Shown here in pieces: positions 31,246 to 44,124 of a stretch of DNA of 64,000 nt; within the stretch, counting starts at the first letter, position 1, and every line of letters starts with the position of its first letter. The stretch covers positions 1,674,001-1,738,000 of the forward strand of contig SMSO01000034.1 in the NCBI GenBank assembly GCA_004764695.1, given 5' to 3'. The notes under the pieces were generated by a model that was not told the origin of the DNA, searched no databases, and saw only the letters and a program-made list of their open reading frames with translations. A program made the position numbers and the translations under genes. This DNA comes from Schizochytrium sp. TIO01 (lineage: Eukaryota > Protista > Bigyra: Labyrinthulomycetes).

Positions 31246-32703
31246 ATGTCTGGGTCTTGGGCTTCGATTGTGTCCAGCGAGAGAGTGCGGACGCAAGCTC
31301 TCCCGGCTGAGCTTATGGACTCCCTTGATGATTCAAGGGATGGCATTAATCTTCTGTTGAAGAAGCAATCCTTGCAGCAAGAGCAGCAGCAAGATAAGGA
31401 GGAACGAGATGGATCTTTTCAGGATCAAAAACAGAGTCACCAACCTCCAAAGGCAGCATGGTCATGGGCCGCCGCAAGCCAGCAGGCTAAATTCAAGAGC
31501 TCGGCGACTATTGCCTCCGCAAAATCTGGTGTCAACTCTGCTAGGCCAGGTTTGAAGGTTGTCACAACTATCAACAAACCCTCTTCAACAACATTGACAA
31601 TGAAAAATTGCACAAAACCTACTGACGAAGCAAAGGCCACCACAGGATTATGGAGTGAATTACTAAAGCAGCAGAAGCAGCAGCAAGTGCCAGCAGTGCA
31701 AGATCTTCAATCTAGTGGAATTGATGCTGAAGCAAACTCCCGGAAGCGTGGTGCGAGCGAGATCTCTCATGCTTCATCTCAGGGTCAAACACGTCAGCTA
31801 AAACAGCAGCAAAAGCAGCCATCGATGGGAAGCCCGTACCGCAAACAAGGCAAGACTTGCACGTCACCTCTCGTTGCGCGTCGCCCGCCACCTCTTGATC
31901 TTGCTCACCATGTCCAAGCTGAAGCGTCAATGTCACTATCAAAGCACAATGAAGAGGATGCAACATCCAATGCCGATGGCCCTAAAGATATGCAGCTCTC
32001 GACACCGGCGGGCTCCGAAGCGCATGAATCCTTTGGCGGGCGTGATATGCCAAGCGAGCCATCCCCAGAAGCCCGGGTATTCTCTACCCTTCCCTCTGAA
32101 GTCCCTGCTATCAGTTCTTGGGCTGACGATGCCGACCGCGAAGACGATGGGTCTGAGCTCGAATCCTGGATGAATTCTTCTGTCTCTGGGTCTGAAACTG
32201 ACCGTTTAAGCAACCCGAGTCAACTTCCCAAGCAGCCTATCGAGGACTTGACTCCTGCTCGCATAGCACAGCGCCAGAAACAAATAGACTTTGGTAAGTC
32301 CACTGAGGGCTACCAAAACTACATCCTCAAGGTGAAGATCGAGGACCGCGGCGAGGACGAGCGCAAATACCCCGTTACTCCGCGTACGGATGAGAAGATT
32401 AGCAAGCGTTTCTTTGACTACAAGTTGAAGAAGTGGCGTCGTGCTCTTCACCGATGGGATCCAGTATCTCACCTCAATTCGACGCAGGCTAAGAAGTCAA
32501 CAGGAGGTTCAATTAAGTCATCATCTTCCATTGTTAAGGGGACGGTCAAAAAGACTGGATCCTTGTCTGCTAAGTTTGCCCATAATAATGGCGTAGCCAT
32601 TGGGTCAGCCTCAGGATCAGCAGAATCAGCCAAGAAAAGTCCCACGGCTGTTAAAAGTGATGTGCCGGCTCTGGATTCTTTTCCTCCTTTGGCTGCCCAG
32701 TAA
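31246..32703 (+). CDS. SLBP: Histone RNA hairpin (stem-loop) binding protein
   Basis: RIAQRQKQIDFGKSTEGYQNY...YPVTPRTDEKISKRFFDYKLKKWRRALHRWD matches the SLBP RNA-binding domain (RRQKQIxYGKNTxxY...HPxTP...SRRxWDxxxxxWxxxLHxWD). The remainder is low complexity. Confidence 0.92.
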   Translation: MSGSWASIVSSERVRTQALPAELMDSLDDSRDGINLLLKKQSLQQEQQQDKEERDGSFQDQKQSHQPPKAAWSWAAASQQAKFKSSATIASAKSGVNSARPGLKVVTTINKPSSTTLTMKNCTKPTDEAKATTGLWSELLKQQKQQQVPAVQDLQSSGIDAEANSRKRGASEISHASSQGQTRQLKQQQKQPSMGSPYRKQGKTCTSPLVARRPPPLDLAHHVQAEASMSLSKHNEEDATSNADGPKDMQLSTPAGSEAHESFGGRDMPSEPSPEARVFSTLPSEVPAISSWADDADREDDGSELESWMNSSVSGSETDRLSNPSQLPKQPIEDLTPARIAQRQKQIDFGKSTEGYQNYILKVKIEDRGEDERKYPVTPRTDEKISKRFFDYKLKKWRRALHRWDPVSHLNSTQAKKSTGGSIKSSSSIVKGTVKKTGSLSAKFAHNNGVAIGSASGSAESAKKSPTAVKSDVPALDSFPPLAAQ

Positions 32704-33733
32704 ATTCAACTCCATCAACAAGGAGAAGAGAAGTCTGAATACATGGAAAAGAGCACGATTTAGATTCGTATTTTACCATTCTCAATCTGTACAACCAAGC
32801 AACTAAACCGTTTATAACGGCGCCTTTTCCTCAAAGACCAAACTACACTTTCCTTTCTCTTGCCTTCTTTCTCTTTTCTTTTTCTTACACAAGTAATAGT
32901 TTCGTCTACGCTCTCCCTTTTGTGGTTTCTGCTGCTGTCGCCGTTATAAACCCGAATTGTTGGATTACGAAAGAAAAGGATCAAAGAACAGCGCGGCCGT
33001 AACATCAATATACCTCTCGTACACGTACGCCAAATATATACATGGATTTTTACATACATATACAAATACAAGCATACTATTATTCTAAAGTGTCCCTTTC
33101 CCCTTTTCATTTAGCTCCTCTAGTGCAAAGAATGTTCTTCTAGCATAGATTTCGTACTTTCAATATGTGGGTAGTTACTTGTATTCAATTGTTCTAATTT
33201 CTCACGCAACCGAAGCTCAAAGCTTTGTACTGAAAAGTCTCAGCTTGGAGTAAAGCTCGAGTAGTTTTCTGATAAAGTTTTACTTTCGAAGAGCATATTT
33301 ACTTCTTTTTCCAACCGACAAGATGGTCGCATGGAACTTCATGATCCGTACAGGTGGTTGTCTGATGTCAAACTGACCATATCAAGTTTCTTATGATTAT
33401 AAAAGTTCTTAATACTTCATCATATATGACGCGAAGGATGTCTTTGGCTCTGCTGGGCTTTGTCTATAAAATTTGCTCTCGCAACGAGCTCTAGCAGCTC
33501 TGGCATAGACGGATGAATGGTGAGAGGTGAGGGAAGGGAAGCCTTGCGAACAGTAGTCTGCTGGGGCGACTCTATAAGAGCCCGCATATGGCAAACTGTC
33601 TGCACAATTTCTAACAAAAAGGTCGATCAACAGATAGGATATTCTCATTGTCACTCTATTCCGGTACAAAATATCTGTTCACCTGCAATTAATTCGCAAT
33701 TAATCACGAATAATTTTTACAGGTCCATCAACA

Positions 33734-34945
33734 TCAGATCTCGATCCTATCAAGGTCAATCTTAAGACCATCATGGGGAATTTCAATATCGAGTCCTTTT
33801 GTTTGTTTCAAATTGGCAAGCTTGGCATTGTCCCTTTCATGCTCGAAGTCATGAGACACACCAATAAGGTATGTCTTTCGCGGTTTGAGCTCCTCAATAA
33901 CCTCCATGCTTTGTTCGAGGCTAAGGTGAGTGGGATAGCGACGCTTGTGGTGGAGTGTGTCAATCACCAAATATTCAATGTCCCATTTCCGAAGCACCTC
34001 CATAACATGTGGAGGGATGGTGGAGACGTCGCTAATGTAGACAAATTTGCTGTTGGTTTTACCAAAAGAAAAGCCTAACGACAAATAGTTATCGCCATGG
34101 AAGACAGGCAAAGGAGTCATTTCTAACCCTGCCGCCGAGAAAGGTGCAAGTTTGTCTTCCAGTGACGGTGTTGACATGACGTGGTACTTGATACTAGCAA
34201 TAAAAACCTTCACTGGTTCAAGTTCGGCAGCGGCAGGAACAGCTGGATCAGGTGGTGGTGCAAGGTGAGCAGCCGCTCCTACATAGGAAGGCTCCGGGTC
34301 CCGCACGAGGTAGGGAAACGAACGTTTGATCATATCATACGTTTGTTTTGAAGCAAAAACCTCTACAAAAGATTCTCGAGCAACCACAAGGCGCAGATCA
34401 TCGAGTCCAAAAACAGCATCGGCATGGTCATGTGTAAGTACCACAGCATCGAGGCGCGGAATACCATGCCTCGGATACCAAGTAAGTGCACTGCTACGGA
34501 ACGTTTTACCGCAATCAATTTGCACAAATCGTCTCTTGTCTCCAGGTGCCGCTGCAGGGTGCGAGTCTTCTCCATCAAAGCAAATGAGCATGGAAGGATT
34601 GCCACGGAAATTTTTATTCACCTCAGGAGGGCCATCATGAATTGCCTTGGTACAGGTTTCACAGCCACCAACCTTGAGATAGTTTGGAGAGATACCCAGC
34701 ACGCAGTCAAGGTGTGGGTTGCACGAACTCGTACCAGTACCCATGAAAACAATGCACGGCTTTGTGCCAGACTTTCCTGCATCGGACATTGGAGAATTTC
34801 TTAGGACTCCGTGCGAGGGATCTTCAGCTTCTGCCCTTGCGCCGAACTCTCTTTGCACTGTAATAGCAGCTGAAAAGCCCAATACACCCAATGCTGCTGC
34901 TTTAGGGGCCCATCTTCTTGCCAGATTTACAAAACTTGCGCTCAT
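33734..34945 (-). CDS. Metallo-beta-lactamase-fold hydrolase, PhnP-like
   Basis: FMGTGTS, QIDCGKTF, LTHDHADAVFGLDDLR, PVFHG, YISDVS, THLSL and GVSH motifs. First ATG at 34945. The N-terminus looks organellar or membrane-targeting. Confidence 0.88.
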   Translation of the reverse strand: MSASFVNLARRWAPKAAALGVLGFSAAITVQREFGARAEAEDPSHGVLRNSPMSDAGKSGTKPCIVFMGTGTSSCNPHLDCVLGISPNYLKVGGCETCTKAIHDGPPEVNKNFRGNPSMLICFDGEDSHPAAAPGDKRRFVQIDCGKTFRSSALTWYPRHGIPRLDAVVLTHDHADAVFGLDDLRLVVARESFVEVFASKQTYDMIKRSFPYLVRDPEPSYVGAAAHLAPPPDPAVPAAAELEPVKVFIASIKYHVMSTPSLEDKLAPFSAAGLEMTPLPVFHGDNYLSLGFSFGKTNSKFVYISDVSTIPPHVMEVLRKWDIEYLVIDTLHHKRRYPTHLSLEQSMEVIEELKPRKTYLIGVSHDFEHERDNAKLANLKQTKGLDIEIPHDGLKIDLDRIEI

Positions 34946-35180
34946 AGTCTTGATTTCACTACAAAATCTATTCAACCTAACCTCTCCTTTTAAATCACCA
35001 GTTTGGTGTCAATTTCTGGCCTACTTTAGAATAGAGTTTTGAAGTGATATCCACAATTTGGCAGTATTGAAGCCTTTATTTCAACTTTGGAATGAGAACT
35101 TAAGTCGTGAGGCTAATCTTGAACTTTGACTTTTTATGTCATAAAATCAAGTCACTATCGCCGCCAAACCCTCTCCAGCG

Positions 35181-36546
35181 ATGGACTTTGCTGCTTTGCT
35201 GCGCAAAGCGCGCCAAGAGGCCTCCGAGGTCTCCTCCGCGCCTGCACTAGAAGGGCTTCGGAACAGTGATGAAGCAAAGCACCGCGTTTTCAGTAGAGTG
35301 AACTTGGAATCAAGTTCAAGTGGCGTTGGATTAGGCGAAACTTGCGATGAAGACGAACCCGTAACGATTGCCTATTGCGCAGACTTTATAAACGAAGTTG
35401 AGGGCGCTGCTTTAGAGGCCGAGGTTCGCAAGCGGAGATGGGAGCAACTCGCAGGGCGGAAACTGCAAAACTGGGGAGGTGTGCCGCACCCGAGGTGAGT
35501 TTCGGCTTTGTATGTTTCGCGAAAACAATGGCAAAAATAACAGCTTGGACAAGCCTCACAATGACCCCTTTAAAACCCCAAAATGTAGAGGCGGGGGGGT
35601 AATGAATAGTTTCCACGTATGCCAAACTTATTGAGATCTTCGATTTGAAGACATTAGGACATTGGGAGAATCTCGAGGATAATCTAATGATGACACTGCT
35701 GAAATGCAGGTCAGGCTTGGGAATTCCAAAATCGAGGAGGTTACAGAAATGTATAATTGCAGACTTGGGGAGGTATCGTGTCTTTGCAAGCTAAGGGAGG
35801 TGTAAACTGACATACAAGGGCTACGGAGGAGCACAGTGGAACTATTTTGGAGACTATGCCACCATTTATTGATGCATTGGCAGATCGGTTGCATCTGAGC
35901 GGTGTTTTTCCTGACGAAAAACCGAACCAGGCGTTAGTGAATTTATATGCACCGCATGAAGGCAGTAAGTAGAGAGCATGTAACTGTTAAATAGCTCAAG
36001 GACGAAGTTTCTTGGGTGAATGACGAGGGGTAAATTGTTTTGGAAAGTAAACGTACATAGTCTAATGATGATCAATGGATTCACAAATATGCCCGGACCA
36101 ATTAATAAACTACATTTACAGTTGCGCCACACCAGGATGGGCCCACATTCAAGCCGAGGGCTGCGATTTTAAGCCTCGGAAGTCCTGCGTTGCTGTGCTT
36201 TCGTGATCCAGCGGACAAAGATAAGGAGGTACTTTGTCGCATTGTAATGGAACCTCGAAGCCTTGTAGTGTTCTCGGGTAAGGCGTTTCTCGAATGGGAG
36301 CACTGGGTTCCAGCCACGGGCGACATCCAGTCAATTAAGGGAGCTGCGAACGAGTCTCTTCTGTCAGAGGAGCTTCGTACTGCGGAAGAATTCATTCGCA
36401 CGGAGCGAATCTCCATGACAATGCGTTGTGTGGCGCATGTAAAGTCGCGTGCAGATGAACTAGACCTTGCATTGAACAACGAGCTGAAACAAGAAGTGGC
36501 ACGTAGGCACCAATGGTGGCGTCAGGCAATTTCACAAAAGCAATAG
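35181..36546 (+). CDS. ALKBH6: ALKBH6-like 2-oxoglutarate/Fe(II) dioxygenase; 3 exons join(35181..35494,35837..35964,36122..36546), 288 aa
   Basis: GT-AG introns 35495-35836 (GTGAGT...CTGAC...CACAG) and 35965-36121 (GTAAGT...TACAG) keep the frame (314+128+425=867 nt). The spliced product reads RKLQNWGGVPHPSGTILETMPPF...PNQALVNLYAPHEGIAPHQDGP...ILSLGS...EPRSLVVF...H...RISMTMR, giving HxD...H...RxSxTxR. Confidence 0.85.
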
Positions 36547-36826
36547 CGTTTCAATGACGGCTCCCGTCTATATTATAGAAAGAATGAGTACAATTCTATC
36601 CTTAATTAAATGTTGGTACCATTATTGGTTTGCTGCACATTCTTTTTGGACAGTTAGAGACTTAAGTGCATGCAAGGCGAGCAAAAAAATAGATTTCAAA
36701 TACATGTTTGCTTAAAACAAAAAAGGGATGACCTCTGACTGGAGCCTAGTTAAAGTTTACATTGCTAGCTCGAGAATCTAATGTTTAGCCTTGTTCCAGT
36801 TTTAAAAGTTTACATGAAGGCTATGA

Positions 36827-37615
36827 TTATGTGGATGACACGTTTCGCCTAGCAATAGCAACAAAAGCTCCAATTATGGCAATGACATACACAATGTGGA
36901 CGCCCAGGAGGATAAGAAATGTATTAAACATGCGAATGTTGTACTTGCCAATGCACTTACCTGTCCAGGGGCAGTGATGATCCAATCCTTGAATGCACAC
37001 TCCACAAAAGGAGCAGTGGATTGTCCCAGGGGGGCGCATGACGTGGCATATACGACATGGTAGACCATCAGGATCGTCTTCATCGACCATCGGAAATTCT
37101 CTTCGCGGCAAAATCCCCGGATCGCTGCAGCTCGTTATCAAAAATGCTAGGAGAACAAGTACCATCGTGAAAAATCCTATTGCGGCTACTGCTGGATGAA
37201 TTGGAAGTGCTACAAAGATGCCCCAAATAATTGTGGCACTAGTGATTAAGGCAATGGTGATGATCGCGCAAGGCCAGTCAGGACCCAGCAACATAGATTT
37301 CGGGAACTGGCCCCGTTGAGGTCCTTTTCCAATCTCGCCGTACAATAGCGCCATTCGGCCTGCCTCGCGTGGTTGAGTCCATTTGCAGCACAAAATACAA
37401 CAACAACAGTGCTTGTCACGAAGCTTCGTCTGAGGAATTCCACTTAAAGTTCGAGCAACAGGTCTATTATTGCTGTTGTTGTCGTGATTAGTACTAAGGT
37501 TAGCACCATGTTCGTCATCGCTCACACGGTTTCGGTTGTTGTAGCTGCCATTCTCGTTGGCCTCGACATAGTTTGTGTTATACTGGCTGTCCTCCTGGGC
37601 CATGATCCTCGCCAT
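36827..37615 (-). CDS. DHHC-type protein S-palmitoyltransferase
   Basis: SDPGILPR and CRICHVMRPPGTIHCSFCGVCIQGLDHHCPWTGKCIGKYN, with flanking hydrophobic helices. First ATG at 37615. Confidence 0.92.
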   Translation of the reverse strand: MARIMAQEDSQYNTNYVEANENGSYNNRNRVSDDEHGANLSTNHDNNSNNRPVARTLSGIPQTKLRDKHCCCCILCCKWTQPREAGRMALLYGEIGKGPQRGQFPKSMLLGPDWPCAIITIALITSATIIWGIFVALPIHPAVAAIGFFTMVLVLLAFLITSCSDPGILPRREFPMVDEDDPDGLPCRICHVMRPPGTIHCSFCGVCIQGLDHHCPWTGKCIGKYNIRMFNTFLILLGVHIVYVIAIIGAFVAIARRNVSST

Positions 37616-38665
37616 CTTAACTTCCAGAGCTCGAGTGATGGCCTCGCACAGAAGATTAAAGCTCAAGATCCAATAGACCTAGTTAGGACCTTGGTTATCT
37701 TGGGCCCAAAACTACAAGGAGAGAGCCTTGCGCAGAGCCGCAGCGGCCCAACCAAGATTAGACTTTGCATGACGTTGACTCTCACATTGACGTACACACT
37801 CATATATGTACTAAATACTATGGGACTACGGAGGTTCCAATTAAAAAGAATCTATACTAGTAGTAGGCATAATTGCCTGTGTGGGTAATGGTATGTTCGC
37901 ATATTCTGGGCAGGACCTCATGAAGATTTTTGACCATTTTGCAGAGGAGTGGGTTAGATTCAAAGGCGACTAGCTTGATGCTCTTGTTTTTAAATGTGTT
38001 CTAACCTATGTTGTCAGGCTTATATAGATTTGAAGATTGTAAGATGCGGAACTAACTACGTCAAGAGCTGTGATACCTTCTGGTACTTCTTCAAAGATGA
38101 GGCAAATGGCTGGAGTTCAGTATTTTCCTGAAACGTCCAATTCATTTCTGAGAACGGTTATAGTTACAACTGTATCTCTGATGGTTCTTGTGGTTGTTCC
38201 TTGTTGTTGCGATGAATCCATGAGTATTTCGGGTTAACAAATTAAAGCTTTGGGTCCGGCATAACTCCATATTAAGACTAACAGAGCCAACCTGACAGTT
38301 TGTTTGATCCAACACAACTTCAAAAAATTAAAACCAAGAACGCTGTACCAAGTAATGCGTAGAAACCTAGAGTGAAAGTTTGTGTACATAAAATTAAAAA
38401 AATTGAATATCAAATGATGATTCTTTGTGAGCACGGTAATTATTAAATGTTGCGAAAGGTTTGTCGCTCCATTGGACCAGGAGGAATTGCAACAGCACTC
38501 TTCAAACGGTTGTTCTTCGTTTGTTCATGTTGTTGGGCCTGACTGCTTAACTTTCTCAATCATCACCCTATTCCCTAGTACGTCATATGCTTCTTCATTA
38601 TTTACTAATACTTGCTAATGTCCAATACAAGATTCTCAAGGTTTGCCAGACCTTTAACGAGCACC

Positions 38666-40404
38666 ATGACGTTCGCGCCGCCGTGTCGCGTGCATCGCGG
38701 CCATGAGGCGCGCATGTTCTGGTGCGACCAGCGTAGTGAGTTGGCTGCGGAGTACCTCGCAGTGGGTGTTGTGTTCTGCTTGGAAGGGAAGAGAAGAGAA
38801 GAGAGGGGAGGGAAGGATCTCAGTGGGCATCGAACATGAGCTGGGCGATAATGGCCACTCGTGCTCGAGAAGGGCTTTGGATCGGATGAAGGTAGGCCCT
38901 CCAACTCATTCTCATTATCTTAAGAAAACTCTTTGAGACCGAGCTGAAGGAAAGATCCATTGGTTTAGCATGACCTAGCGACATGTAAATGACGAAATTT
39001 CGCTGTCATACCTGTGTCTCAAGATAGTCTATCTTGAGAACCAATAGTGCAAGGTAGATTATGCGAAATCAACACATTTGGGTCAGGCTGGAAAGGAACA
39101 GTCACTTTGAAAAAGCACTGAAGTTGGCACTGACAAATATTTGGCTATCGTTTGTTTCTTGCTTAATTTCTTTTTGCCGGAGCAATTCCATTTCAAACTT
39201 GACAGAATCTGCTGTAGGAGATAGTAGTGTAGTTGCAACAGCGTGTGAAGATGGTACAATTGGCGTGTGGAGAGACGAACGAGGCTCATCAAAACAGAAA
39301 CCCCATATTTTTGAGGCGCACGCAGATGAATGCTTGCGACTTCTTTGGGACCAAGCTCATGAGAAGCGGTTGTACTCTGGAGGTGCAGAGGGTATGGTAA
39401 AAGTCTGGGAGGCATCTCCAGAAGGAGCATCGCTTCTGGGCGAGGCAAATTGTGTCGACCAAACACATCGTGAAGGTAACGATGGCCAAGTTTATGGAAT
39501 CATTCAATTTAAGGACCGGCAAGAACTCGCTGTTGCCTTCGATGACCAAGTTACTATTATGGATAAAGAGAGATTTCAAGATCTATTGACATGGAAGTAT
39601 CACACACAAGGTGCTGCTCAAGTTGGTGGCAGCCGCAATCCTCACAACAAGGCGTTTGTCTTCGACACGGACGTTTTTGAAAGTACGCTTGTCACTGGAC
39701 TCTCTGATGGCACTGTGCGGTGCCGTGACATTCGCGCACCACTGTATGATAGGCTCTGCGTAACAGATGCTCATGACACTCATGTAACATGCTGTGCGAT
39801 TTCAAGCTCTGGGTTTTACCTGTTAAGCGGTAGTGGAGGTGGCGAAGCAGCGCTTTGGGATCTTCGAACTTTGCAACCCGTATGGCGCAAAATGGTGAAC
39901 GAAACTCGTCCTGGTCCGTTCTTTGGAGCATCTTTCTGGCCAGATCGTGATGATCTTGCTTTGATGTGGTCAAGCAATGGTGAGATATCTTTTCACAACG
40001 TGGAAACGGAAGCCACGCGACGTTATGCTCCTGACTTTCATGATCGAAGCAAGGGCGCAGATGAGGGTCCATATCCAATCTTTTCGGCTTCCTTTTCGCC
40101 TTCTGGAACTCGTGTCGTTCTTTGTGGAGGCACAACGCCTGCGGCACCTCGACCTCAGCCCGCTATGTCTCATCGGCCCAAAAAGTCAAAGACCGGGCAA
40201 GGTGCTTCAAACAGGGGCTATTCCTTCGGTCTTCGAGCAGCGCCTTCGCTTGGGCAAGGCGCCATGCCTGTGCATGAAAATCCCCGTGCTTCCAATGTGC
40301 CTTGGATCTCTCTGAGATTATCTGCAGAGAACGTCCTTTCACTGTTCCAAGACAAAACCACCACCGCACTTGGCAGCGAACAACAGGAGACAACGACTTC
40401 CTAA
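38666..40404 (+). CDS. WD40-repeat protein; 2 exons join(38666..38735,39206..40404)
   Basis: Phase-1 intron 38736-39205 (GTGAGT...GACAG) joins RGHEARMFWCDQR to KSAVGDSSVVATACEDGTIGVW and completes a GH...W repeat. Further repeats: AHADEC...VKVWE and AHDTHVTCC...AALWDLR. Confidence 0.8.
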
Positions 40405-40687
40405 TTGATTGTACGCGTACTGCCCAGCTCTAGTTTCTCTGCCCTGAACGAAGCCAAAGCTTCCTTCTCTGGTTAGTAGCAATAAGCTCTTGCACCTATC
40501 TACCTACTCACTTAAGTTCCTACCTACCTGCAAATTCAATCAAAGCAAAGCGAAGCAACGCAAAGTTGTCTATATGAGCCATCATACCCAGTATCACTTC
40601 AAGTTTGTTCTCGTTCTCCGATTAGTCACGCCACTCATGCCATGCCTCAACACAGCTATCCTATTAGCGTGAGAATTAATTTTATAA

Positions 40688-40689
40688 TG

Positions 40690-40720
<31 letters not shown>
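40688..40720. repeat. (GCCT)n microsatellite
   Basis: About 8 units read directly. Confidence 0.9.
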
Positions 40721-41164
40721 TTGTATTTGGTTGGACTTAATTGTAAAGTAATCTAGTCAGTGACATCCATCTGTCGCCACCTCCATGTCGCTGCTTTTGT
40801 TGTTATTGTTACTGTTGTCGTTCTTCTTGTTCTTAGATACAGTACCTACCTACTGACTGCCGCTACTTCCGAACTTCTTCTTGGATCCAGCCTCAACGAA
40901 TGTTTCAAAATCGTCTAGTAGATGCAAATCCGGGTACCTCGGCGAACTGCTATGCTATGCTATGCCGACCTACCCTTACTACTCCATGACCAAGAGAGGG
41001 CAATGATACGTAGACCACCTTATATGTCCGCGAATGCAGCTAAATTCTGGTGGAGCCAAATCATGGCACATAATGAACTGATCCCTTCATTAATTCTTTC
41101 ATTTGTTCCTTTCATTTATTTATTGTTTAAATTGTTCCTTCATTACTTCGTTTATCTCTTTGTT

Positions 41165-41373
41165 TATTCCTTCCTTCATTGATTCACTTGAATTGCTTTC
41201 TTCATTCCTTCCTCATTCCTTCACTCATTCCTTCACCCATTCCTTCAATTCATTCCTTCATTCCTTCCTTCCTTCATTCATTCATTCATTCATTCATTCA
41301 TTCATTCATTCATTCATTCATTCATTCATTCATTCCTTCCTTCCTTCATTCATTCATTCATTCATTCATTCAT
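41165..41373. repeat. Compound (ATTC)n/(CTTC)n microsatellite
   Basis: Read directly. It generates the spurious HSFI ORFs. Confidence 0.95.
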
Positions 41374-43688
41374 CAATATCATGATGATGACCTTCTCCTC
41401 CATGATCGCACAGTTAGTCTCCGTAGCTAACATATACACTTCCTTCTCTTCCTTCTTTCCCTTTACCCGTTCTCGCCGTTCCCTAGTTAGCCACAGTTTC
41501 GCCACCAAGACTCACAACACTGTTGATTTTGTACCTAGCGCTACTTTTGTAGAATGACCCTGATCACGAGTCACGACAGCTTTTCGCCTTGGAATGAGGA
41601 AATCAATATCGAGAGCCCGTGTCTTGATGTCTTCCTCTCGCCACCCGTTCGCTCACTGCACCCTCCAATCTTGGCCGCCACAAGTGCGTTCTCTCGTCAA
41701 TTGTAGCTAGTTATGATCATGCATGCACTCAGCAGAGATTACGAAACTCCATGATCGCCATCATCGACGCCGTCATCGTCAAGCTCCATGGAAGTCCATC
41801 AGGGTTTTATTGTACACAACTGACTGACCAACTAACTGGACAACTAGTGCGTTCTCATGTCTCGACTGTGGATGAAAATAGCTAGCTGACTAAGCTCGCT
41901 TCTTCAATTCCAGCTCCGTGTTGCAAGATTGCAATGGCGCTCTTGGGCTCGTGCTCCTTCAGCTAGCTCTCTCTGCGCATTCGTCACTATTCACGACGGA
42001 GGAGACCATCGAGGGCGTGGAAACGAGGCGAGGACGACGACGACGACAGTGACAAGGCGCTCGCTGCATCGATCGTAATTGCATTACCTGGAGCGCAGGT
42101 GTACAAGGATTGGTCTTTGTTGATTGGGGAAAATCCTGCGTGCTTGCTTCCTTACTCGGCTACTTGCCTCTGGTTCACAGCGTTGGCAAAAGTAGCCTGC
42201 TCAAGAGCGATTCGGAGCCGAGGTTATGCGTCCTCTGCGGAGCCTTGCTTGGAAGACAAGCCTGGCGGCGTCGCGCACGGCGTGCGAGAGCTAGCTAGAT
42301 GAACGAGACCCTGAGCACGGATTCAATGCGCGGTTTTGCTTGCTCAGGGCGTGCCTGCATCTCTTTTCCTCCACGGACGGATTTCTCATTCGCTTCTCAT
42401 CCCACTTCTTTTCATACTTGGAAAGCCAAGAGAGCTTTTCATGAAACAAGCAAACAACCAAGCTACCAGTGAATCCCGAACCTGCCAGGCAACGAGATGC
42501 CACGCGGCCTTCGCGTGCCGTTGGCCATCCACATCCAACCATCCGAAAAAATCACAACGCACAAAACAACTCAAATTACCCGGCACGAGCATTTCTCACG
42601 GAGCCCGACAACGTATCGATCGCAGCTCCTCTTTTGAGCTAGTTTCCTCGACAGGAGCTTGTCTAAGCTCGCAGCAATTTGCACGGCCTCCTCCACCACT
42701 CCAAGAGCGCCATGGTGAAGGATTTCAAGGACCAGGAAATCGTCGTCGTCTGCAGAACAGAGAAGAAGAGCAACAACATCAAAGAGGCCTCGCGCAGCCA
42801 TGCTCTACTATCGAGTTGCCGACAAGCAGGCAGGCAGACAGGGCCCAGGACCCCGCGGCATTCTTGCAAAGTCCACGCACGGCCATGGCTTCCATCGCTT
42901 GCTCGCGCGAGGCGTCAAGAACCGAAATTTGCCTCAACTCCCGTTGAATTGCGAGCTTGACTTCTTCCCGTCTGCAAGATGTCCGTCCACTCACCGGCAG
43001 CAGAGAGAAATCCTCGTAAACTCCAGGAACGCCATCCGTCATGCCAGCGCCACTCCACAATCGCTGAAGCACCAAGCTGTCGCCGACGTCTCCATCGTCC
43101 TGCACGATCTTTGCCAGCGCAGAAAACCTCAAAACCGCCCGTCAAGATAGTCAAGTTAGCCAATGCATGCGCGAACGAACCATTGCGTGAATGAGTGAAC
43201 GAATTCGAATTCAAATTCAACAGCGCTCGAAGCTTAAATCTTGGGTTGTGGACCTTGGACTTGGCTCGGCTCAGATCAGATAACGTCGAAGCAGGCCACG
43301 GATATAGGTTTGCGCACGTGGATGATGGGGTTTTTCAAGATGTCCAAGAGCAACTCCGCTCTGCGGTTCCTGCGAATCTTCAACCTTGGGATCGAAACCG
43401 GGATTAGATCGACTCAGACCAGATCGACTGCGATGCATATGATTTGATCGCTGTCTTTGAGTCGAAGCTTGTGCAGGTCGGTCTTCCTGCTCGCCCTCGC
43501 TTCTATCATCAGTAACCTGAAAGGAGTTCTGAATTCTGCCTTTCTTTGTTTGCTCATTCATTCAAAGTTCAAAGTTCAACTCGAAAGTTTGTGAAATTTG
43601 AATTGCGAAGATCTATGACTACAAAACTAACTCCACCAGGAAGGAGAGGGGCCCTACTAGGCGTTAGGCGCCTATTAGCCTGCATTCT

Positions 43689-44124
<436 letters not shown>

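Noticed and set aside
42336-43220. Cluster of 70-200-aa overlapping ORFs on both strands
   Set aside because: No recognisable domain or dominant frame. Treated as non-coding or unknown.
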